DNA of 64,000 nucleotides from Nitrososphaerota archaeon (GTDB taxonomy: Archaea > Thermoproteota > Nitrososphaeria > Nitrososphaerales > Nitrosopumilaceae): assembly GCA_027315065.1 (NCBI GenBank), contig DAHUYT010000004.1:803-64802 (forward strand). Direction: 5' to 3'. The position numbers were made by a program, and so were the translations under genes. Positions 27,924-37,243 of the stretch are shown one piece after another. The stretch's first letter is position 1, and the number at the start of each line of letters is the position of its first letter. The notes beneath the pieces were generated by a model. The model was not told the DNA's origin, did not search any database, and saw only the letters and a program-made list of their open reading frames with translations.

Positions 27924-29810
27924 ATGACCCTAAGACTTCTTCTCGATGAAATTAGATTTAACATACAAAGAATCTTAGATGATCTAGGTTATCCAACGGT
28001 AGGATTTGATGTATCGGAAGCATCACACTCAGAATTCGGGGATGTAAGCTGTAATGTAGGATTTTTACTAGCAAAACCACTCAAAAAAAAGCCATCGGAG
28101 ATAGCAGAGTCTATCGCAAATAAATACCAAAAATACAAAAGTGCATTCATAGCGGAAGTAAATGCCAACTCCTCAGGTTATCTTAACTTTATCGTAAACT
28201 ATAGGGGATTCATTAAATCCGTTATGCAATCGTCCGTAAGACAAGATTATGGCAAGTTTGATCTTGGAAAAAATTCAAAGATTGTGGTGGAGCACACAAG
28301 TGTTAATCCAAACAAGGCATTGCACATAGGACATGTGAGAAACATCGTAATTGGAGATACAATGGCAAGAATTCTGAGCAAAGCCTGTTATGATGTCAGT
28401 ATTTTAAACTATGTGGACGATTCTGGGCTTCAGGTGGCAGATATCATAGTTGGTTTCAGGTACGGTGGGTTTGCCAATGAACCTCCACAGAACCAGAAAT
28501 TCGATCATTATTGTGGTGATGTTGTATATGTGAGCACCACTGAAAGATACGAGAAAGAACCAATTCTTGCAGAAAAAAGAACCATGGTTCTAAAAGAACT
28601 TGAAGAAGGAAACTCTGAGATTGCAAAATTTGGTGATATTATAACCCGAAGAGTTCTAGAAGAACAACTTAAGACATGTTGGCGACTTGGAGCTACATAT
28701 GATTGTGTAAACTTTGAATCCCACATAGTTCGTTCCCGACTCTGGAAAACAGTTCTTGAGAAAATGAAATCTATGGAAATTATATATCTAGAAAACAAAG
28801 GCAAGAACGCTGGCTGCTGGGTAATAAAATCTGATTCGATAACAGAAGAAGATAAGGTATTGATTAGAAGTAATGGTATTGCTACCTATATTGCAAAAGA
28901 TATTCCGTATGCTACGTGGAAGCTGGGTATCTTAGAAGATCCATTTTATTATAAACAATACATTGTTCAAAAAAATGACAGAATACTTTGGGAGACCACT
29001 CTTGAAAATACTGGAACAAAGCTAAATTTTACTGGTGACACAGTAATTACAGTTATTGATTCAAGGCAATCGAGATTACAAAAAATTATAACAAAAATAA
29101 TACATGATTTTAAATCAGCGGAAAAATCATATGTACATCTTGGGTATGAATCGGTCACTTTGAGTTCAGATACTGCAAAAACTCTTAATCTTGAAACTGA
29201 AGGAAAATCTGTCCAGATGTCAGGTAGAAAGGGAATCTATGTTAACGCCGATTATGTTCTGGATGTACTTGGTGCAAGAACATATGACGAAGTAAAGAAG
29301 AGAAATCCAGAACTAGATGAACCGCTTCTTGTGGAAATAGCAGAACAAATTGCAGTTGGTGCTCTGCGATATGCCATGATAAAACAAGATCTTGATAAAA
29401 TAATCACATTTGATATGACTGAGTCACTGAGTCTTGAAGGTGATACAGGGCCATACATACAGTACGCATATGCAAGATCCGTGAGAATTCTTGAAAAATC
29501 TGGCAAAGCGCCTGAATTTGATGTCTCTTTTGATGCTCTGAATACCATCTATGAGAGAAATCTAGTAAAAATAATTGGTAAATTCGACATACAAGTAGAA
29601 GACTCTGCAAAGAACTTATCTCCAAAGATAATTGCCCGATACTGTTATGATCTAGCAGTGTCTTTCAATTCATTCTACGAACACATCAAAGTTTTGGCTG
29701 CGGAATCTCCTGACATAATAAACGCGAGACTCTGTCTTGTATGGTCATTCAAAGAAACATTGGTCAAGGCACTTTCTTTACTGGGTATTGACGCACCGCA
29801 TAGGATGTAA
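27924..29810 (+). CDS. argS: Arginine--tRNA ligase
   Basis: EHTSVNPNKALHIGH (HIGH), MSGRKG, YIQYAYAR. Confidence 0.96.
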   Translation: MTLRLLLDEIRFNIQRILDDLGYPTVGFDVSEASHSEFGDVSCNVGFLLAKPLKKKPSEIAESIANKYQKYKSAFIAEVNANSSGYLNFIVNYRGFIKSVMQSSVRQDYGKFDLGKNSKIVVEHTSVNPNKALHIGHVRNIVIGDTMARILSKACYDVSILNYVDDSGLQVADIIVGFRYGGFANEPPQNQKFDHYCGDVVYVSTTERYEKEPILAEKRTMVLKELEEGNSEIAKFGDIITRRVLEEQLKTCWRLGATYDCVNFESHIVRSRLWKTVLEKMKSMEIIYLENKGKNAGCWVIKSDSITEEDKVLIRSNGIATYIAKDIPYATWKLGILEDPFYYKQYIVQKNDRILWETTLENTGTKLNFTGDTVITVIDSRQSRLQKIITKIIHDFKSAEKSYVHLGYESVTLSSDTAKTLNLETEGKSVQMSGRKGIYVNADYVLDVLGARTYDEVKKRNPELDEPLLVEIAEQIAVGALRYAMIKQDLDKIITFDMTESLSLEGDTGPYIQYAYARSVRILEKSGKAPEFDVSFDALNTIYERNLVKIIGKFDIQVEDSAKNLSPKIIARYCYDLAVSFNSFYEHIKVLAAESPDIINARLCLVWSFKETLVKALSLLGIDAPHRM

Positions 29811-29863
29811 CTCTAACCGAGAAATTTGGAAATACTATTATCCATATGGAATAAGGTCTAGTT

Positions 29864-30742
29864 GTGAAAAAAATAAAACAAAACAATAACGTACTGTTCT
29901 TCTTTGATGATTCGAAGAAATGGTTGATGAAAGTATCACGAAAACAGCAATTCCATACACATGTTGGAATTATTGATCATAAAAAAGTAATAGGTAAAGA
30001 ATATGGTAGCTCAATCAAGACCAATAAAGGTAAGATAATCTATCTTTTAGAACCCACCGTATATGATTATGTTATGAAAAGTCAGCGCAGCACTCAGATA
30101 GTGTATCCAAAAGATCTGGGTTACATAGCTGCAAGAACAGGATTGCAAAGTGGGCAAACAATTGTTGAAATTGGGACTGGGAGTGGTTCACTTACTACTT
30201 TTCTTGCCAGTATAGTAAAACCACGTGGTCATGTGTATACATATGACGTGGATGAAAACTTCATGGCAATAGCAAGGAAAAACATCGAAAAGGCTGGAAT
30301 TTCAAAACACGTCACAATGGAAAAGTTAGATATCAAAAACATCAAGAAAGTCCCACAAACGGATGTAGATATGGTGGTAGTAGATTTGGGGGATCCGTGG
30401 ACCGTAGTTCCACAAGCAAGAAAGATGCTCAAAGGAAGTGGATACTTTGTAGCAATATGCCCTACTATGAACCAACTTGAAAAACTTGCATCGGCGTTAC
30501 GCGAAAACGACTTTTTTGATATGGAGTTCACTGAACAGATTGTACGAACGATAGAGGCAAGGGAAGGAAAGACGCGTCACTCTTTCCGAGGTATTGGGCA
30601 CACTACATATGTTGCATTTGCTCGTAAAGTTACTACAAAAGATAGAAAAATAACCTCAAGTATAGAATCTGACAATATGTCTGATGAAGGGTCTGACGAA
30701 GAACCTGCTGAAGACGAAGGTTTATCCAGTGTAAAAAAATAA
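29864..30742 (+). CDS. trmI: tRNA (adenine-N1)-methyltransferase
   Basis: QIVYPKD, EIGTGSGSL, DLGDPW, GHTTY; acidic C-terminal tail. Confidence 0.9.
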   Translation: MKKIKQNNNVLFFFDDSKKWLMKVSRKQQFHTHVGIIDHKKVIGKEYGSSIKTNKGKIIYLLEPTVYDYVMKSQRSTQIVYPKDLGYIAARTGLQSGQTIVEIGTGSGSLTTFLASIVKPRGHVYTYDVDENFMAIARKNIEKAGISKHVTMEKLDIKNIKKVPQTDVDMVVVDLGDPWTVVPQARKMLKGSGYFVAICPTMNQLEKLASALRENDFFDMEFTEQIVRTIEAREGKTRHSFRGIGHTTYVAFARKVTTKDRKITSSIESDNMSDEGSDEEPAEDEGLSSVKK

Positions 30743-30747
30743 GGCAA

Positions 30748-31611
30748 TTGTTGTCCAAAATTCTACAGGCTACTGTTATCAAAAATTTTATCCCTCCACG
30801 AAAATCTTTGTCAAGAAAGGGAGAAAATGGAAAAGTGCTAGTTGTTGGAGGAGGTTATCTATATCACGGTGCTCCAATCCTTTCATCGCTAGCCGCACTT
30901 CGATCCGGAGCTGATCTAGTCTACACATGTGTACCTAAAACTCATGTGACGTCAACAAGAGCATATTCGCCAAATCTTATTGTAATTCCGCTGGTTGATG
31001 TAAAGCTTACAAGAGGCGCAGTTAGAAAGTTGGTTGGAATAATTCCAAAGGAACTTGATTCTGCGACTATCGGTATGGGACTTGGAATTCAAGATAGGGA
31101 AGCACTAAAGATGTTGGTAAAAGATCTACTTGACAGAACTGTTATGTTATCTCTTGACGCAAGTGCGCTTATACCTGAAATTCTTCCTGAAATTAAAGAT
31201 AAAAAAGTTGTAATCACTCCTCATGCTGGCGAATTCAAAAGATTGTTCGGTGAACTTCCTCCGTATAATGTAAAACAAAGAATTACATTGGTACAAAAAC
31301 ATGCAAGAAATAATGGCATAACTGTGCTACTCAAGGGTCCAACTGATATTATTTCAGATGGAATACAAACATTCTTGAATCCAAAAAATTTGGCATCGAT
31401 GACTGTGGGCGGTACAGGTGATGTTCTCTCTGGTATAGTAGCAGCAATGCTATCAAAGAACCGAAAACCTATAGAGGCTGCGTCTAGTGCTGTTTTTATA
31501 AATGGAAAAGCGGGTGTACTGGCACAAAAGAAAAATGGTTTGCATATCGTAGCAACAGATCTCTTAGATTTTATTCCGGTAGCAATGAAACCATTTGATC
31601 GAATAAAGTGA
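30748..31611 (+). CDS. nnrD: ADP-dependent NAD(P)H-hydrate dehydratase
   Basis: KGENG.VLVVGG, DASAL, TPHAGEF, GGTGDVLSG. Confidence 0.9.
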   Translation: MLSKILQATVIKNFIPPRKSLSRKGENGKVLVVGGGYLYHGAPILSSLAALRSGADLVYTCVPKTHVTSTRAYSPNLIVIPLVDVKLTRGAVRKLVGIIPKELDSATIGMGLGIQDREALKMLVKDLLDRTVMLSLDASALIPEILPEIKDKKVVITPHAGEFKRLFGELPPYNVKQRITLVQKHARNNGITVLLKGPTDIISDGIQTFLNPKNLASMTVGGTGDVLSGIVAAMLSKNRKPIEAASSAVFINGKAGVLAQKKNGLHIVATDLLDFIPVAMKPFDRIK

Positions 31612-31617
31612 TTTTGA

Positions 31618-32964
31618 ATGCAAGAACAATATGTAGACAAAAACATGCCTGCGTTAATTTCAGACTTGCAGAAATTAATTCAACAACCAAGCGTCTCTGC
31701 AAAAAATCTGGGGTTGGAAGAATGTGCAAGACTAGTGGTTAGAATAATGGAGCAGTCTGGAATCAAAGCAGAAATACTAAGACTAGGTAGAGATGTTCCA
31801 CCAGTAGTTTATGGAGAAGCCAAGTCAAAGAAAAAACCGCAAAAAACAATTCTATTTTATAATCATTATGATGTTCAACCCGAAGAGCCTCTTGAATTGT
31901 GGCACGATGAGCCATTTGGCGGCACGATAAGAGGTAACAAAATCTACGGCCGTGGTTCGGCTGACGATAAGGGTGAACTAATCACCAGAATTAAGGCAGT
32001 TGAGGCATTTATTAAAACAACTGGAGACGTACCGTGCAACATAAAATTTCTAGTTGAGGGCGAGGAAGAAATCGGGAGCGTGCATGTTGAGGCATATCTG
32101 AAAAGATATCAAAAGAGGTTATCATGCGATGGTGTAATCTGGGAATTTGGATACGTTGATGAAAAGAACAGGCCTATAATCAGTCTTGGTATGAAGGGTT
32201 TACTATATGTTGAACTTTCTGTACTAGAATCAATCCGTGACGCTCATTCTAGTCTGGCTGTATTAATTGAAAATCCAGCTTGGAGATTGATCGAAGCGTT
32301 AAAAACATTGCGTGACAAAAATGGCCTAATTCTCATTAAAGATTGGTACAGAGAAGTTGACAAGTTTACAAAAGAGGAACTTGATGTAATATCTCTTGAG
32401 AAATTTGATGAAAAGTCATTCAAAAAAGAATATGGTATAAAAAGACTTGTAGGAAATAAAAAAGGAATAGACATACAAAAGGCAATTGTAGGTGATCCTA
32501 CTTGTAACATAGCGGGATTCTCATCTGGGTGGGAAGGACCTGGAGCAAAAACAGTTTTACCGTCAAAGGCATTAGTAAAAATTGACTTTAGACTCGTTCC
32601 AAAAATGGATCCTCTAAAACAACTATCTAGACTAAAGATGCATCTTAAAGACAATGGATTTGGTGATATCAAAGTACAACTGATTCATGGCGAAGCAGCT
32701 TCCAGAACTAAAACATCTGATCCATTTGTAAAGATTGTAAAAAAGGCAGCAGACGAATCTTTTGGAACCTCAATAACGAGCATTTCGTCTTCTGGGACAG
32801 GACCCATGTATTCATTTTCCAAAGTGCTCAAGGCTCCCTGTATTTCAATCGGTAGTACATATGTCTATGCAAGAATCCACTCACCTAATGAATTTGCGAG
32901 AATAGATCTGCTAAAAAAGACAACAAAATGTATGTGTAAAATAATAGAAAAATTCAGTGCCTAG
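31618..32964 (+). CDS. M20-family metallopeptidase/deacylase
   Basis: HYDVQP, GRGSADDKG, EGEEE, HSPNE. Confidence 0.9.
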   Translation: MQEQYVDKNMPALISDLQKLIQQPSVSAKNLGLEECARLVVRIMEQSGIKAEILRLGRDVPPVVYGEAKSKKKPQKTILFYNHYDVQPEEPLELWHDEPFGGTIRGNKIYGRGSADDKGELITRIKAVEAFIKTTGDVPCNIKFLVEGEEEIGSVHVEAYLKRYQKRLSCDGVIWEFGYVDEKNRPIISLGMKGLLYVELSVLESIRDAHSSLAVLIENPAWRLIEALKTLRDKNGLILIKDWYREVDKFTKEELDVISLEKFDEKSFKKEYGIKRLVGNKKGIDIQKAIVGDPTCNIAGFSSGWEGPGAKTVLPSKALVKIDFRLVPKMDPLKQLSRLKMHLKDNGFGDIKVQLIHGEAASRTKTSDPFVKIVKKAADESFGTSITSISSSGTGPMYSFSKVLKAPCISIGSTYVYARIHSPNEFARIDLLKKTTKCMCKIIEKFSA

Positions 32965-33085
32965 CGATACTTGAGCCAGTTATTCTTTTGTATGCGGGTT
33001 GAGGAATATGATTTAGTAGCACAAGAATTCGGATCATAAGTGATTTAGAGAAAGGCCTTTATTGTGCTCATTTGGCAATCCAGTT

Positions 33086-33679
33086 ATGGCTTTTATGTAC
33101 ATGCCAGGTGCTACAGCAGTTGGAATAACCTATGATGAAGGCATAGTGCTGGCAAGCGAAAGAAGGATAGCTTATGGAAATTTTGTGGTAAGTAAAAATA
33201 CAAAGAAAACTTTCAAAATCACAGATTTTGTAGGTGCGTGCTGTGCAGGAATGGTCGCAGATATGCAGGTTTTGGCAATGCAGATGCGTGCACTGACAAA
33301 GATTAGAAAACTAGAGCTCAAAAGGGAGATTCCACCGAACTCTGTGGCTAAAATGATGTCATCTCTCATGTATGAAAGGCGATTCTATCCATTACTCACT
33401 CAGGTAATTGTTGGAGGTGTTGACGGTGAATCTGCAATTTATACGCTTGATCCGTTAGGTTCTGTTCTTCCAGATGATTATGCGGCAGTAGGAACAGGTG
33501 CAGAAATGGCATTGGGGGTATTGGATCAGGAATTCAAAAAAGGAATGAAGGAAAAAGATGCAGCAACACTTGCAATAAAGTCAATCAAGTCAGCTATAAT
33601 GCGAGATTCCGCAAGCGGTGATGGTATCGATGTGTTGGTTATTGATAAAAATGGGACCAGAGAATACACCGAAAACTAA
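33086..33679 (+). CDS. psmB: Proteasome beta subunit (probably non-catalytic paralogue)
   Basis: PGATAVG, ASERR, AGMVAD, GTG, RDSASG; ATG at 33086 preferred. Confidence 0.9.
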   Translation: MAFMYMPGATAVGITYDEGIVLASERRIAYGNFVVSKNTKKTFKITDFVGACCAGMVADMQVLAMQMRALTKIRKLELKREIPPNSVAKMMSSLMYERRFYPLLTQVIVGGVDGESAIYTLDPLGSVLPDDYAAVGTGAEMALGVLDQEFKKGMKEKDAATLAIKSIKSAIMRDSASGDGIDVLVIDKNGTREYTEN

Positions 33680-34156
33680 CTATTTTTTTATCATTTTTGC
33701 AGATTCCCAATATTTGTCTGAGACATAATGTAGATTCTTGATCACTTCACCTTTTGTGATGTTGGGCATCTCATCACTGGGTATGAGGGATTTTCCTATT
33801 GCGAGAAATTTATTGTGAGCTTCCTCTACAATGCATATGACCTGATCCTTTTGAAAGTCAGTATATTTTTTGATTCCTGGGCGCATGACATTTGCTCCAT
33901 TACATACAAACCTTATCGCACCTGCATCTACAGTGATTTTTGGAAATTTTTCAAGCAAGGTAGTTTCGGAAAGAAATGGAAGATATGTTTCACCATTTTT
34001 AATTGCCATGAATTTATCGCCTGTGATTATGGACGTTTCATCATCAATCTCGTATTTCACCAATGTTTTTATTTTTGGCAACTCTATTTTCCATTGGGAT
34101 GAAATTATCTCTAGAATCTCACTGCTTTCACTTTTAGATAGTGGATGAGATTTCAA
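33680..34156 (-). CDS. PUA-domain RNA-binding protein (DUF1947+PUA)
   Basis: VDAGAIRFVCNGANVMRPGI, LHYVSD..W. Confidence 0.88.
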   Translation of the reverse strand: MKSHPLSKSESSEILEIISSQWKIELPKIKTLVKYEIDDETSIITGDKFMAIKNGETYLPFLSETTLLEKFPKITVDAGAIRFVCNGANVMRPGIKKYTDFQKDQVICIVEEAHNKFLAIGKSLIPSDEMPNITKGEVIKNLHYVSDKYWESAKMIKK

Positions 34157-35166
34157 ACTCTAGACATTTCCTGTTTGATATCTAACAAGTCACGCAATAT
34201 GGAACTTGCAGTCTCCATGCCACCAGCACCTCGCCCAATTATGGTTTGCTGTCCTGAATGTTCTGAATTAAATGTAATTGCATTTAGTGTCCCATTGACA
34301 CAAAGTGGATCCTCCACCTGTATTTCTCTTGGTGATACCTCTAGGTCTCTATTGCATGATGCAATTAATTTGACTGCGGCATGATTAGCAACTGCCTTCT
34401 TAATATCTGAAATTGACACATCTCTAATACCTATTCGCTTGATGTCTTTGATGGTCACCTTCATATCCATTATCCAGTTTGCTAGTATTACAAGCTTGGC
34501 AGCCGCATCAAAGCCGTCAATATCCAATGACTCATCAGCCTCCACATATCCTTTCTTCTTTGCGTCCGCAAGCGCTATCTTAAACGTCATGCCGTCAGCC
34601 ATGTTTGTAAGAATGTAATTTGTTGTACCGTTTAGAATGCCTTGAAAAGAAACTATTCTTTCTCCTCTGAGGCTATTTTTTGCATAGTCTAGTATGGGAG
34701 TTCCTCCTCCAACAGTTCCGCTAAATTTTAATTGTACCTGATTGTATGTAGCCAATTCTATCAATGATGGGAAAGCAAGCGCCAGCGGACCCTTATTTAC
34801 TGTGATGATATGAAGGCCTTTTTTCATCGCAGTCACTATGTGCGACATGCCAGGTTCTGCATCCTTGTAATTACTCGGGGTAGTCTCAATTAAAACTTCA
34901 GCCTCCATTCCATTTATAATATCCATTCCATTTGCTTCTTTTTCCTTGTTGTGATACTTTCGTATGTTTCCGTATTTTTTCTTGACTTTTAGTAACCTGT
35001 TTAGATCAATGCCAGCAGAAGAAACAGCAGATCCTTTACGATCAAACACACCGACAATTCTAGGCTTTAATCCATGTTTTGCGTAAAGATCTTCAGATCT
35101 TGAAAGAAGAAGCTTTGCAAAACTTTGTCCTACTACACCAAAACCACACAATATTATACGCAACAT
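34153..35166 (-). CDS. hom: Homoserine dehydrogenase
   Basis: GFGVVG, TVNKGP, GGGTP, GILNGTTNYIL, GRGAG. Confidence 0.94.
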   Translation of the reverse strand: MLRIILCGFGVVGQSFAKLLLSRSEDLYAKHGLKPRIVGVFDRKGSAVSSAGIDLNRLLKVKKKYGNIRKYHNKEKEANGMDIINGMEAEVLIETTPSNYKDAEPGMSHIVTAMKKGLHIITVNKGPLALAFPSLIELATYNQVQLKFSGTVGGGTPILDYAKNSLRGERIVSFQGILNGTTNYILTNMADGMTFKIALADAKKKGYVEADESLDIDGFDAAAKLVILANWIMDMKVTIKDIKRIGIRDVSISDIKKAVANHAAVKLIASCNRDLEVSPREIQVEDPLCVNGTLNAITFNSEHSGQQTIIGRGAGGMETASSILRDLLDIKQEMSRV

Positions 35167-35237
35167 TCACAAGACACATGTTGGGATTAATTAAGATTCA
35201 TCAATTCTGAGATTCCTTTATTAAAGCTTGAAAAACT

Positions 35238-35903
35238 TTGGATACTGTGAAATCTAAAAAATATGCCTACATTGGAATCGCGACAGCTAGTATTGTAGTT
35301 GTAGTTGTGTTTTTCACTCAATTCAATATAATGCAGACAGGATCAAATGTACAATCAGGAATATCTGCATATACTTTGGATTTCACTTACGCTGAAGTAA
35401 ATTCAAATTTGAAAAGTTCCCTGATAGAGCAGCACATAAACATGTCAAAACCTTTGGAGTTTAGTACTCCATCGGATATTCGTCAGTATTGTAATTTTCT
35501 TTCTAACCAGACAAAACAATCTATGATTGAACATTGTACTTCAACAGAACTGAAAGACGAACATAATAATTTTCTTGGAAATATTAACATGGTGGGGTCC
35601 TCTCTATCTCCAGTATTGGTGATTGCGGCAGCACAATCCGATCCGATATTTAGTAACTATAATGACATAAAAATTCTATTTGGAGATGTTGTCAATGAAA
35701 CCATATGTCAATGCTGGGCTAAGGAAAAACCGGGAGGATACTCTACATTATCCGATATGATGAACGCACTTCGTGACTTTCATTTAAAAGGAAAAGAGCC
35801 TAATAGCACCACTCGCGGTATACCATTAAGCGGAAAACACTTTGAAATAGAATTGACTACAAACAATCAAGGCTATCTTTGGAAATTACTTATAGCCAAG
35901 TAA
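35238..35903 (+). CDS. Membrane-anchored hypothetical exported protein
   Basis: N-terminal TM; Cys-containing soluble domain. Confidence 0.7.
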   Translation: MDTVKSKKYAYIGIATASIVVVVVFFTQFNIMQTGSNVQSGISAYTLDFTYAEVNSNLKSSLIEQHINMSKPLEFSTPSDIRQYCNFLSNQTKQSMIEHCTSTELKDEHNNFLGNINMVGSSLSPVLVIAAAQSDPIFSNYNDIKILFGDVVNETICQCWAKEKPGGYSTLSDMMNALRDFHLKGKEPNSTTRGIPLSGKHFEIELTTNNQGYLWKLLIAK

Positions 35904-35963
35904 TATGTCTATACTCAGGTTCATTAAGCTTGACGTGCTCACTTAACCTACGGAAATTTCAAT

Positions 35964-36743
35964 TTGGTGTTAGCATTGCTTGAATATCTATGGCTAATAC
36001 CGCTTGGTTTTGTTGCTGGTATAATAGGATCAATGATCGGTCTTGGTGGAGGATTTATTATTGTCCCAGCCTTGACTTTTGCTGGATTTCAGCCTACTCT
36101 TGCGGCAAGCGATAGCCTCTTTGCTGCATTTTGTAACGCCGTAGCGTCAACACTATCTTATGCTAGGCAAAAACGAATTGTATATTCTCTAGGACTAAAA
36201 CTGGCATTGCTTTCCATTCCGGGGACAGTACTTGGGGCCTATATCTCTGACGAAATATCAGCATCTACATTCAAGTTATTGTTTGGTATGGTGTTAGTTG
36301 CTTCCAGTGTCTACATTTACTCTAGAAGAAAGATGGAACCTAAAGAACATAATCTCTCAAAACAGCTTGTAATACTCATAATAGGAGCTAGCTTCTTTGC
36401 AGGTATAATTTCAAGCCTATTTGGAATTGGGGGAGGCACCGTCTTTGTTCCTCTCATGATCGTGGCAATAGGGCTGTCCATGAAACTAGCTGCACCCACA
36501 TCGCAATTCATATTGATGTTTGCAGCAGCATCGGGAATGATCGTTCATTCTCTATTGGGACATCCTGACTATGCTCAAGCTGGTTTATTGTCAATAGGTG
36601 CATTTGCTGGAGGAATTGCTGGAAGCAAAATATCATTAAGAGTAGACGAAAGAAAACTAAAGATATTTGTCACGCTAGTACTTGTTATAACATCGATCAA
36701 ACTTTTTATGGATGCTTTTAATATCTCAGTTAAAATACCGTGA
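35964..36743 (+). CDS. TauE/SafE-family sulfite exporter-like membrane protein
   Basis: Duplicated GLGGG/GIGGG..VP motifs; about 8 TM segments. Confidence 0.85.
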   Translation: MVLALLEYLWLIPLGFVAGIIGSMIGLGGGFIIVPALTFAGFQPTLAASDSLFAAFCNAVASTLSYARQKRIVYSLGLKLALLSIPGTVLGAYISDEISASTFKLLFGMVLVASSVYIYSRRKMEPKEHNLSKQLVILIIGASFFAGIISSLFGIGGGTVFVPLMIVAIGLSMKLAAPTSQFILMFAAASGMIVHSLLGHPDYAQAGLLSIGAFAGGIAGSKISLRVDERKLKIFVTLVLVITSIKLFMDAFNISVKIP

Positions 36744-36778
36744 CGACAATATGGAAAATTCTTACTAGATGTTTTCAT

Positions 36779-37243
36779 TTATTTTTGGGATGGTGGTTCC
36801 TTTCTAATTTGGTAAAGGTTTCTTTTAGATAAAAGAACAAGATCATTATCATCTTTTGTTCCCTCAAAATCAATTGATAGTAGACCAAATTCATCATTAA
36901 GATCGCGCTTGCCAACTATCTTAAATTTGATTCTTAATTTTTCATCTGTATGGAGAGGCTTGAGAAATCTAGTTTGTCTGTTATTCCAATCTAGATCTCC
37001 GTCTATGCCGTAGAAAATCAAAAGATTCCCGTACATTTCTTCAAGCCTTGTAAACTCACCTTCTATTCTTGATAATATGGCCCTGCCGGAAACCATTTCG
37101 CTATGCTGGTGTGAGAGTCCTCTCTTTTCATAAATTATGTTTTTTATTCCAGAAAAGGAAAGATATTTGTCAAGATCCTCGGGGGAAATCTTACATTCTG
37201 AAAAAAACTCATCTCCAACTTTGAATTCAGAGAATTTTTTCAT
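36779..37243 (-). CDS. Hotdog-fold (MaoC-like) protein
   Basis: FSEFKVGD, F.KPL..DE, C-terminal strands; 4-nt overlap with the upstream SDR. Confidence 0.68.
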   Translation of the reverse strand: MKKFSEFKVGDEFFSECKISPEDLDKYLSFSGIKNIIYEKRGLSHQHSEMVSGRAILSRIEGEFTRLEEMYGNLLIFYGIDGDLDWNNRQTRFLKPLHTDEKLRIKFKIVGKRDLNDEFGLLSIDFEGTKDDNDLVLLSKRNLYQIRKEPPSQK

